DNA of 56,555 nucleotides. Source: Catajapyx aquilonaris. Taxonomy: Eukaryota. The stretch covers positions 1 through 56,555 of the forward strand of contig JYFJ02002465.1 in assembly GCA_000934665.2 (NCBI GenBank). The letters run 5' to 3'. Within the stretch, counting starts at the first letter, position 1. Each line of letters begins with the position of its first letter. This document shows, piece after piece, positions 25,936-37,221 of this stretch. The position numbers and the translations under genes are program-made. The notes under the pieces were generated by a model. It made no database searches, was not told the DNA's origin, and saw nothing but the letters and a program-made list of their open reading frames with translations.

Positions 25936-28023
25936 CTACCGGTGTGAATTTGGACTGAGGAGTAACTGGCAACGTCGGAACAATGGACTTGCGCGAGTGT
26001 GGGTGCGCACGCGGTTGCGATCGTAAATATAATGGCGTGTGTGGGTTTCTCTAGGGATTATCCCGTTTCTTCAGATTGCCGGGCAGAGTTGTTAGGGCGC
26101 CGCTGATAAACCAAAGACAACGACAAACGACAAAGACCGTGTGAACCAGGTTGGACAACGACGTACACGATTTGCTGTGTGCGAGTTGTCATTTCTACGG
26201 ATTTTCCCGCTACCTACTATTGCCAAGCACAGAGTTGCTATATAGGTTGCTGTTGATAAAACTAAAGACAAACGACAAAGATCGTCTGAACCCTTTTAGG
26301 ATTGTCCTTACGTCGTTCAAACAGAGATCCACTAATGAACCTTTGGCAAGAAGCCCTTCATTAGAGCAAATTAATTTCCGGACCACAATGGGGACCGATG
26401 GGGACACTGACCGTTAATTCGAGTTTGAAACATTGGAGGATTGCAATGAACCAGCCAATTACATGCAGTGAGTTAAATATTGGCTAAAAAACCTCCTACA
26501 AGGTCAGCACACAAATTGGATGTGAATGCTGCCCTTCAATCAAGTGCCATGAGTGGCACCGCGAAAGTTCCGGAAATTTCCAAGGTTTCGTGGGAGGGTA
26601 AGGGACCCGCAAACCCTCCCTCTTGTGTGTGTATACCTCTGCAGTGCCCCTGCAACATGCCCATCGACCATTCAACCCCCCTGTGCAATACTCCGAAGAC
26701 AATGACCTCATAAGGTCATAGCTCATGTCCCGAAAATCGATATTGAGTCCCCCTCCATGTATAGGCTAGTACTCCCTATCTGTTGTGGGCGGGGAAAACC
26801 CATCTATTTAGGACCTGTGACTCACCATCACGTAGGCCTCCCCCAAAAAAGGCCTATTGATTAGTTGCCATGGGTCAGTACAATACAAAGTGGCATAATA
26901 ACAGGCCTGTTGCACCACTGCAGAATATACGCCACTCTGTTTGCAAACAATCGGAGGAGTAAACCCACCTTGACCTTGACTGATTTCCAAGGTCAGGTCT
27001 CTTATATCCGGAGTCTTCACAGTCGACTCTGTCATAACATACTCGAAATAGTGATCCCGCCATTACTTTCCGCAATCCCAGCGTGTATTCTTACTCCGGA
27101 TATAACAAACGCATTTTTCACCTCAGTTCGGCTATAACATACCCTTTAACCNCCCCCACGTGGGAAAATGCAGCTTTTGATTACCCATTCCCACTCGTAT
27201 CAGGGAGCATATACTACATCAAAGATGGCGGACACTATTTTTTTTGCCTGTACCCTATTTATACCTCGTTGGCGTTGCCCACACTTCAAAATGGCCGCCA
27301 GCCTTGGCAACGGCCCAAACAGAGAGACGCGGAATAGGAGTAGTAGTATAATATGCTCCCTGATCGTATGGTGATTTTCCCATCTGTCACTGATGGATCA
27401 GTGACAGATGGGAAAGTTTTGCACCTCAAGTGACAGATGGGAAAGTTTTGCACCTCAAGGTTGATGCACACATGTGCTGTGTTCAATGTATCCACGAGTT
27501 TGTGCTGGGTCACAGAGCTGACCTTGCTGGCTTGGGCACACTAGAGGTCGAAGTCTGTTATAATCCGGAGTAGACTGTCTTATCATCATCATTAATGGCC
27601 AGACTGATCATTGATATTGGTAACTTGTAAAGAAGAATTTAATGCTGTACCTTCAATGTTGCAAGTACATCGCTCATAACCGTCCAGCTGCTGCTGTGTA
27701 ATGCCCAGAGCAGCAGTTACTTCCAAACAGCGACGTTATGCCAGGCTCCACATGCTGATTCTCAGGATTCTCTTGTTAGAAAAAGCAAAGGAGGGGTATA
27801 GTATGGAGAGGGAGGGGGAGATGTTGGGGTCTGATTGCAGCCAACTCGGCATTGACGTCACATCATACGTCACCATGTTTTGATTGTGCCACACTCACCA
27901 CGTGAATGGGGGGAGTTGGCTTCTCTCTTTTTTTCTTTTCCATCTTCTTTTTTCTAGGGGTTGGAATGATTGGAATGTCGGTGGGTGGATGTGGAATTGT
28001 ATTATTATTTTTTTTTTGAAGTG

Positions 28024-31000
28024 TTAGAAGTTCCTGTCGGACGGGTCCCTGTAGGTTAGGCCAAGAAGCTTGAATATTTCCTCTTCAGTTTTGGCTGGCA
28101 GATTGCGTTTCTTGAATGAACAGACACACACACACAAAAAATGAGCAGACGTATTGAAGAAGTAGTAGTAAACATATTATGCTGACTTTTGCGCGCGAAT
28201 TTCTGCTGACGTTGCCTACGCATGTTGACTAATAAAAGTTACGCGGAAACTGATAAACCAAGCTGATAATGGTCCGGGTATTGATAAAACAATGTTTGGG
28301 AAGCAGCAACTTCAAGAGTCATTTCCCCATCCGAAAGTTGGCACTGTTTTCTGCACAGTTTCGAAACTTTCAAATCCAGCAAAGAAGGATGTTTAAGAAA
28401 AAAAGAAAATGAGGACAACAAAACATGAGTCATCAACTTCTGCTTAGCGGTGCAATGATCCTAATCATGCTAATTACCAGTTTTAGGAAAGGAAACAGGT
28501 GTTAAAAAGATGACACACGTTCCACCTGTTGACACTGGCCACATCAGTTGATAAGACCTGCATATGCTATAGTATCAATTACCTTTTCAAATATTTCAAC
28601 TAGGGCGTATTGGCATGGGATGATCAAAAGTTGCATAACTGCCAAGTATATTGACCTTACAAAGCCCAAAACAACATCGCAATTTTGATGGACTGCCACA
28701 CATGCCAAGGTATGGCCTTGAGAGTAGCACACTCATGCAATGCCAAGATCTGCAATTTTTTTTACTCTCTCTCTCTCTCTTTCTAAACACATCAGGGGGT
28801 TATATTCGTACTAAACAGCTATGCACTACTTCAAGAGCATCCTGCCAAGTTTTGCCATGAACTTTGCATTTGTACTCTTAAAATTCCGGCTCATTCTGTG
28901 TTTCCCCCTGGAGCAATTTACAGTCATGTAACCTTGAATATTTATTTTTTTTATTAGAAATATATGTATGCACCTCAGGTCATAGAATCTGGCAAAAACA
29001 TGTTTTTTTTTCTCTCTCTCTCTCCCAGTTCTCACACAATACTTCGTTGATCCAGGCGGCACACACTTGTGCTTTTTTTTATATTTATCATTCTGTAACA
29101 CCCTCACAATAAATGGAGTGAGGTGAAGGCCATCATCAGACATGATCTGCTGTTGAAAGAGAACTTTTGTTGACTGCACATGTGTTATGGTCACTTGACA
29201 ATGTATGTCACTAGTATTCATACTATCTCTGAGATTACACAGGTCCACAACAGTGGCCATTTATTACGAAATTCAATTGAAGAGGCTCACCTAATTTTAT
29301 TGCACCTTGATATTGAATTGAAACGTGCATAAAAAGGTCAGTTACGCCATCACAGCCTGATCGTGATCAAGCATGAGAAATCACAATGTTGCAATGGACT
29401 GCATTTTAATGTGCAAGAGGCAATTTGCCAACTTTATCCAAACAATAATATCGACAATAATCTGCACACCTACATATTCAATGGGGTGCACTCCCGCATT
29501 TAAGCGCCAAACAATCAAGGCTTTGTTTTGCCAGTATTCCCGACATTCGTGTCATTCTGGCTTAGCTTTGTTTCTTTTGCGGCAATATGCATTCGCTAAA
29601 CTAAAGTACACTTGAGGCACACTACACCATTAAAGAAACACTTACCTGACTCTCATCCCACAAGGACTGACTGCTGAGTGTCATCCCGCACACACGAGTT
29701 GCATGTAACCGTAGCACACGATTGTACCACTTGTTTCCAGTCCATCCCAACAATGCAAAAGCATACATTGATGACGGACACACTACAAGGTCAACTCTCA
29801 CAGCCCTCCATCCCCTCTCTTCAGGCGACCTTTGCCCTTCCTTTTCCAAACTGTCCCAGTCACTGAGAGGGAGTGGATCCAGAGACTTTAAATCGTCCAA
29901 TGGCAAACGGAAAATGCAGAGGCAACACTCGAGGCGGTCGGAGGAAACCGAGGCCCTGTCCAGCCTGGCCCACACAATGAGGCCACGTTCCCTTAGCTTC
30001 TGAACCAGTTTCTCCAGGACGCCTTCCTCAGCACCTTCAGAAGGGTGGCTCAATAGAAAGTCAACATCGTGACCAGACTTCTTCCCTCGTCTGTAACCAC
30101 CAGTTACCTCCATGGTCATGCCTGGTTTTATCTCATCAACTAATTCTTTAACAATTTCACGAATCCTGTCAGCAGAGGAGCGCACCAGAGGTAATTTCAG
30201 ATCTGTATGAAACGGCAGTCCATATTTGAGCCGCTCTTCCTCGATTTTCAGTTCACTAAATCTGGCTCTCACATCAGCAACAGACCGAAATCCACCGTCA
30301 TACCACTGACGTGCAAGCACTGGTCCAACTCCAAACACACCAGCAAACTCCTTGATAGCCAAGAAGTGGGCATCTGTCCGCTTGGACTCAACCTCTTCAC
30401 TCTTCCCTTCTCCTAGGACCTCACGAATGATTCTCAATGAGTGACCTTCCCCCAGGGCTTTTATTCCTCTGACTGAATCCACATGAGTCACTTTAAACGG
30501 GAGGCATCTTACAGCAGAGCAGGCCTTTCGGAATGCCAGTGAGCGGTTCACGTCACGAGGGCCATTACCCATCAAGCTCCAATACGTGGAGAGGAATTCC
30601 AGGGGCTCCTGCAAAATTAAACACGTTAGAAAGCTGCACATATTTTGTGGGATACATTAAAAAGTCCACCTGTTGAGTAACCATTAAAGAGCCACCAGTT
30701 TTCATTCTTGGGAAAACTTGAAGTGCATTTTTAAGACATTTCATGAGCTACAAAAAGTTAAACTTGTCGAGTTGGAACTCTTACGTCAAATAGTTGCCTA
30801 GTGGCATCTCTTGCATAATCAATCACAGGTATTGAATCCTTTAAAGCCAGCCTTAAAATAGTGGAGTGTACTCTTCAGTTGTCCTGTACGACTTACCGCC
30901 AGATCATTATTCACAGGATTAAGTGGTGCTTTGCGCTGCGCAATGCAAGAATTAAACTCTTCAGTGTCAAAGGCCAGTGCATGATCCACCTTTGGTTCTG

Positions 31001-32248
31001 CACTACTTGATGCAATGACATACGAGTCTTCTGCTACTCTTTTGCCTTCCCTGCAAATGGAAACCAAAAATTGTAAAATTATGAACACTTTCACTAGTAA
31101 ATGGTACTCTACATTCCACAGGCTGTGTAAGGATGCACTTACATTAATTTCTCAGTAATGGTATTTGACACACCATGATCGTGCTTAAAAATATTGATTA
31201 AATCATTATTTAATCAATATTTTTAAGCACAACTAATGAGATAAAAGCAACTACAGTAGAACCTCGATTATCCATCACCCACGGGACCAGGGCATTGTTG
31301 GATCACAAAAATTGTCGGATTATCCGAGGAGCAAAAGAAAACTTTAATGAAACACAACAAAAAAACATAAAAACATGACATAATGTACAAAATTATGGTT
31401 TTCTATTAAATAGTAAATTATTTATCTATTACACACACACACACACTAATTTAACTAAGGTAAAACAATCAAATGCATGGAACATTACAGTATTTCATTG
31501 AGAAAACATTGATTTATTGCCAGAGCGGGATGGTCACATAAATAATCGGGGGTTCTACTGTATATAAATAGCATAACCCTTCCCTAACTTAACCTCCCAA
31601 AGCTAATGGATATCCAGGGATGTAATTCTTTCCACCTGTTAAACTACACCATCCTATTATTGCCTATAACCCACTATATCATAGAACAAGCAAAATTTCA
31701 GTAATTATGGTCAGAGCTGACCAACCAAATGTGTAGAACATCAATATAAGTGTTTTACTACAAGATCTCTGCAAGTCTTTACCTTTTTTGAACCAGTAGG
31801 ATAATTCCACCTGTTAAAGAAAATGGTAAATTAACTATCTCACCTCACAGAATCAAAGAACCACTGCAAGCCCACTACGTGACACTTGAACGGCCCCGTT
31901 AAGTTCAAGCTCTGTCGCACCTGATCCCCATTCTCCAGCTCGGTCACCAAATGCGTCACTCTTTCACTGCAAAAAAAAATATATTGCAACAATAAAACCA
32001 CCCCAATTAATAATAATAACAATAAAAAAACTTAGGTCAAAAAGAAATTACCTGTACGAATCCTGCATATCAAACCCATTTTTAATGCCTGAATTCCTTA
32101 TGATTCCGTACCGCTTCGACTGGATCCGATCGGGAAGAATGTAGACGCAAACTTTACGAGTGGAATTGTCTTCTGGACAATGTCTCTTTGCTTCATTTTC
32201 ATGTTCCGAATCTTCTGAAGTTTTCGGCCGCCTATTTTGCGACGCCAT
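28024..32248 (-). CDS. DNA polymerase X family, Pol mu / TdT-like, with N-terminal BRCT domain, 507 aa
   Basis: Exons 32248-32052, 31966-31844, 31050-30897, 30608-29646, 28110-28024 in frame. BRCT (VTHLVTE...WFFDS), HhH GVFGVGP, GGYRRGKKSGHDVDFLLSHP, AVRVDLVV, FALLGWTG, C-terminal EEEIFKLLGLTYRDPSDRNF. Confidence 0.92.
31254..31560. mobile_element. pogo/Tigger-like MITE in polymerase intron 2
   Basis: TA|CAGTAGAACCTCGATTAT ... ATAATCGGGGGTTCTACTG|TA. Confidence 0.78.
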
Positions 32249-32706
32249 CTTTGAAACATCTGGCAACATCCTTGAATCATCTGGCAACACCGGGGGCGTG
32301 TTTTAACATCGCCCAATCGGTGCAAAAACGGACATACTTGCAAAAGGCACTCTTAATTTGGCAGTTCATTACAGGCCTCTGATTCTGATTGGACGATAGA
32401 GAAATGTATTCCAGCTTCCAGTGCAATTTCCAGCTCAATTTTAGAACATCACACTGCATGAAACGTTGGATATGACTGCATATTACCCAACTGCAGCATG
32501 GTCGACACAACCGGCATAACTTTCACCCGCTTTCAAAGTCCTGTGGAGCCAAATTTAGAGTGCCTTTTCATAGCATTGGCACCAAATCTGCATATGACGT
32601 CATTCTCCTGCCATACCCATGTTTGAACGCGCCCACTGCCAATATGGCAGCCAAGTTGTGAAGAAATTTTGATGCAAAAAAATTAATAATTTAAGGCTGT
32701 AAAATA
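32249..32706. promoter_or_regulatory. Bidirectional promoter region between the Pol mu/TdT-like gene and NRBF2
   Basis: Head-to-head start codons 458 bp apart; CCAAT (about 32314), ATTGG (about 32388) and perfect CRE TGACGTCA at 32595-32602. Confidence 0.6.
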
Positions 32707-33781
32707 ATGGAAAATTCGGCTGTGAACATGGTTCGTATGATTGGCATGTACGTAGCACATATCTTAAGTTAAAAAATGCATGAGAAGTATTACTTGAGAG
32801 TACGTGTGGTTGTGTGTTGCGGAGTGTCCGTTATTTTGTAATGTATTTTTGTATGTACAATCCACACACAAAAGTACATCTGATTGCAGGCCCACCAGCA
32901 GCAGAGACGGGCGGAGAGCCTGCTGAGGTGCCATCGCTTCACCGAAGCCATAGAGTGCCACGAGAGAGCGTGCGACCTTCTGTCCAAGGCTGAACAGGAG
33001 ACGGACTCCGCAAGTGCACTGGAGTCACTCCGAAGCCAGCGGGAATACCACTTCCAGCAGAAGAACATTATATGGTTAACACCACTTTTTTTATATCGCA
33101 ACAAAATATGTTTACTAATTGAACCCGAATTGTAGGTTGAAGCAAACGCAGATGGAGCGATTGGCTAAGGCGGCTAAAGATCGTGAGCGGCTGTCGTCTC
33201 ATCCGAGTGAAGATGACTCAGCGGCTACCACGCTATCGGCTCCGAGACGTTCGGCGCTTCCGGATGCAATCTACAGAGAGATGGAAGAAGCGGACTCCCT
33301 TCTGTCGTTTCTAATGCCGCCGTTGGAAGAGCCTGAAGTTACATCGCCAGAAACACCGAGAGGACAGAAACTTCCTAAAGAAATGCAGCATGTGACGGAG
33401 GAACTGCGGCTACGGAACCAACATCTACGCCAGCTAGTGGAGGCTCTCGTGGCGGAGTTGGACGCCCGAACGCAACAAGTCGACGAACTACAAAGACGTC
33501 TAAACGAAGCGCACTCGAAGCTTGGAACTCCGCCTGGAATCAGCCCGGCCATGAACGTCGCATCGCCTTCACCATCATCAAACACAACCCCGTCGTCTGA
33601 TGCATCCGGATCGCCACCGCTTCTAGTGTCTCCGTTTACTGAACTGGTTCCAGACGGCACAGCACCACCACCTCAACAAACACCTAGGAACCTCCCGCAG
33701 TTAGCACCACTGGAGATGCCCCAATTCGACTTTTCACAGTTTCGACCTAACATTTCAGAATCGAGACCTTCGCCTTCGTAA
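32707..33781 (+). CDS. NRBF2: Nuclear receptor-binding factor 2 (Atg38 orthologue; MIT domain plus coiled coil), 284 aa
   Basis: Exons 32707-32730, 32890-33074, 33136-33781. MENSAVNM|AHQQQRRAESLLRCHRFTEAIECH, EADSLLSFL, EELRLRNQHLR, LPQLAPLEMPQFDF. Confidence 0.92.
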
Positions 33782-34512
33782 TAACTTATGAAGACAACCA
33801 CCGCCAGTGCTTGCTTGTTGCTCGTGAATCATAAAATGGAGCATCAAATATGTTGGGTGATACTCATCTGGATTAAAATATGCAGAGAGAAATTGAGAAC
33901 GCTCAATGCCAAAAAAACCGCATTTGCAGCATTGACGATTGTTACATGATTTCCTGGACATTCTCATTGCAAATAGTTGAAATGTACGTTGCAACGGTAC
34001 GAAAGCACCGTTTGAATGCCATTAAGTCGGTGAAATTTAATTTTAAATTGGGTAGCTCATTTAGAAGGGAAAAACGTGATTATTTGTGACAGTCGATTGC
34101 CAATTAATATTTGCTGATTACAATCATTTTAACTCGTACCTACAGCTTCTTTTTCACATCTGTTGCGTTTGTACTTAACGGTACGCTGTTTGGAAAACTG
34201 ACGTGAAATGTTTATTTGTGGACAGGCCATCACCAGATTTTCTTTACAATATGTTGTGACAAATAAATACAATGAATACATCATGAATTTAGGAAACAAA
34301 ACTGAAGCGCAATGGCTTTTAATACGGACTTATCACTTTCCTTTGCCCTTCCCGTTTCCGCAAGTAACAAATCAAAAAAAAAAAAGTGCTGGGAAAAAAA
34401 GTAAAGAAACATTAAATGGATTTCCATCCTGTCAGTAAATACAATGTGAATTCAGCAAAACAAAAAACTACATAACTGGCCCATATACAAACTCTTTTCA
34501 GTATTTAACGTT

Positions 34513-35467
34513 TTAAGGTGCATACGGTGGTGGCGGAGGCACAACAAAACTCTCCGTCCCGCTGTCCCAGTCATCCAGCAAGCCTTGGTCGGACCTCCTC
34601 TCCCCGACCCTCATCCCGCCCCAGCCCCATCCGCACGAAGAAGACGACACATGCTGACGTGGATGGCTATGCGGGGAAAACGTGGCCGCAGATCTCAACC
34701 TCAGCAGGTTGCACGCAGCTCCCAAAACAGCCAAAGCTCCAGCCGCAGCAGCCAGAAAGTAGCCACGTCCAAACACAACCTCGACCCGACGGGTCGGCTG
34801 AGCATTTTGGACGGACTGCTCCAACTCCGAGGCTGCATAGTAGCTCAAGCCGACCACGCCAACCACACACGACGCTACGGAATTTAAAAATCCATCAAAA
34901 TTACATAAACACAGCTCATTTTTTATAAACAAATGTACCTGCAATAATACTGGGTATCCCATTTCGCCTTATGCACCGAAGCAGCTTCGTCGTCGGTCCC
35001 AGGACGTCCATGAAGAAGGCCCAAAGAGAGGCGACAGTTCCCAAAAAGCAGAAGGCAACCACCGTGTGCATTGCACTTGCGGCACGTACGCTCACGCATT
35101 GTACGGTCCCAGTCGCACCGTGATACACCGCAACACCACTGCTACTGGCATCCAAATCCTGGAGCGTATCAGGCGGGGTCTCCGTATGCGAATCAAAGTA
35201 TCCAAAGTCGAAGAACTGGAAGAGGCCAAAGTGCCTGGGGCATCTGGGTCCATCGGAGCAGAACCACTCCAGCTGCGTGGTCGCAACGCACAGGAGGGTG
35301 ATCGCCCCCAAGTGAAGTACGGCAGCCAGGAAGTTCCGCTCCCCCGACGGCCGCGGACCGTTCAGCGATGCCGGACGTGCTACCCGCACCGATGCTTGCG
35401 ACTGCGCCGAGGACTGCTGCGACGGTACCCGTGGACGCCCTGACGACAATGCCGGAAGCGCGTACAT
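34513..35467 (-). CDS. TMEM127: Transmembrane protein 127, 296 aa
   Basis: Exons 35467-34939 and 34874-34513. ERNFLAA, VAFCFLGTVASLWAFFMDVLGP, SYYAASEL, ACNLLR and C-terminal PPPPYAP PY motif. Confidence 0.92.
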
Positions 35468-36424
35468 CCTGCCAGACCCTCACAGATCCGTATGCAACCA
35501 CCGTTGCGACTGGAAAGTGAACGCACAATGAAATCTTATAGTATATACCGAATGACATGTTTGTTTGTTTTGTTTGTTTGTCTGTTTGTCCAGGTTGCCA
35601 TGGCAACCGACACACAACTAGCAGTTACAAAAGTTGCTTAATATAAAAATTTGAACGTTCTAAAAAAAAGCAGGAAGTTTTGTTCCTTTCCGAGGCCTGC
35701 CAATTGATCAACCCTGACTTTTTCTTACCAGTGGTTCAGATCAGCATCTGGATGGCTTGCAGTTGGGGCGTCAGATTAAATGTCTCTCGGTTTGTTCTCC
35801 TTCTTTTTTAACAGCGGATGATTTTCCCTTTCATTTAGTTCCACTTTTTTTTTCCTCTCTCTCTCTCTCTCTGGAAGTTTTTTTTCTTCTTTCTAGGAAA
35901 TGTCGGCCATGTTTTCTGCGCAGTCAACTGTTCAACACGCCCTGTTTCTTTTTTTTACGTAACTTCTCCAAATTGGTGGGTAGAACATCAGGTGTTCTAA
36001 ATATGATCGGATATTTTACATACCGGTAAATATATTATTAAAAATATAATTTTATTATTAAACTTATTGAGTGTAAAAATGAACGCCAACAGTTGGCAAC
36101 ATTGGAACAAGATGGCCGCGCCCATTTGATGATAACAGGTCGTTTTTATCATTTTAAATCAGAATGTGAGTAATAATAATTAGTTTTTTAATTTTTTTAA
36201 TTGTCATTACCAGATTGCATCCACGACATCATAACAGTTGACATGGAATTGTTGCTAGGCTGTCCACATTGCATTGTTCACACATGTGCATTGTTAATAT
36301 TGCCAGTTATTGTAGCTCAATTTTGCATACATTATATAAACAAAAATTATTGGCTGATCAGTTTGCCATGGGTTTCGTCTATTCGGGGCATTTTTCAGCG
36401 CGGCGCAGAACCTGGCCCAGAGCC

Positions 36425-37184
36425 ATGGAGGCGTCGAAGAAAAACGAGGCTGCGTACACGGACTACCTGAGGCAGGAAATTACAAAGCATAACCTGGCAA
36501 TCAAGGCACTAGTTCAGGTGTGTAGTTTTAAGCTGATCATTTCCCTTCAATTTTCAACGATCCGCATTTTTGCAGGACATCCGCAACTGCCCAGGCCCGC
36601 AGGAGATGCTGCTGGACCTGAACACTGCAACACGTGAAAAGATGTCTTCGCTCCGGCGACACTTGGATGAACTGGATCGGGTTGCGAGGGAGTCGGACCG
36701 CGAGAAGGACCGTACGGCATTGCAAGCCGAAGTCTCAGAGTACAGGCAGCAGCTGACAGGGATTCAGTCGGCGTTCAGAAAGGCCAACGTCGCTTGCCAA
36801 CTGCGGCTAGAGCAGCAGGACAAGGAGAAACTGTTTGAGTCCGAATCAGGCGAAGTAGTCACTGCCGCCCGCCGACGGACCAAGGACCACAACTCCATTT
36901 TGGGCTCCTCCTCCGCTGTGACTGCTGACCTCATGTCCGTCGGAAGACAACTGGAGGAAACGGTCAACAGATCAGCCATGACCATCGAAGCGCTGTCCGA
37001 CTCCTCAAGAACAATTCACAGCACAAAAGATGAATTTCACGAGATGGGAAGCACGGTCGGACAGGCCAGAAAGCTCCTGTCGAAATTCGGACGCCGAGAG
37101 CTGACCGACAAGGCCCTAATATTCCTCGCCGTCCTCTTCTTCTTCGCATGCGTCTTCTACGTGGTGAAAAAGCGCATATTCTGA
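36425..37184 (+). CDS. BNIP1: Vesicle transport SNARE SEC20/BNIP1, 233 aa
   Basis: Exons 36425-36517 and 36576-37184. QEITKHNLAIKALVQ|DIRNC, FRKANVAC, KLLSKFGRRELTDKALIFLA plus C-terminal TM anchor. Confidence 0.95.
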
Positions 37185-37221
37185 CACTCTCTCTGGTTTA
37201 TTAAGTGCGCAAGTTGCACAT

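Noticed and set aside
25551..25972. Repeat-encoded ORFs (QGIGGKR...) and possible CRISPR array
   Set aside because: Translations of the 63-64 bp tandem unit; units are near-identical throughout, so no spacers.
26030..27140. Anonymous region with CCTTGACCTTGAC...CAAGGTCA motifs and several 60-90 aa ORFs
   Set aside because: No recognisable domain or spliceable model; probably decayed repeat DNA, class not supportable by eye.
36108..36130. ATGGCCGCGCCC encodes MAAP like the start of human BNIP1
   Set aside because: Stops after five codons; it is better explained as a YY1-like AAGATGGC promoter motif upstream of the real start at 36425.
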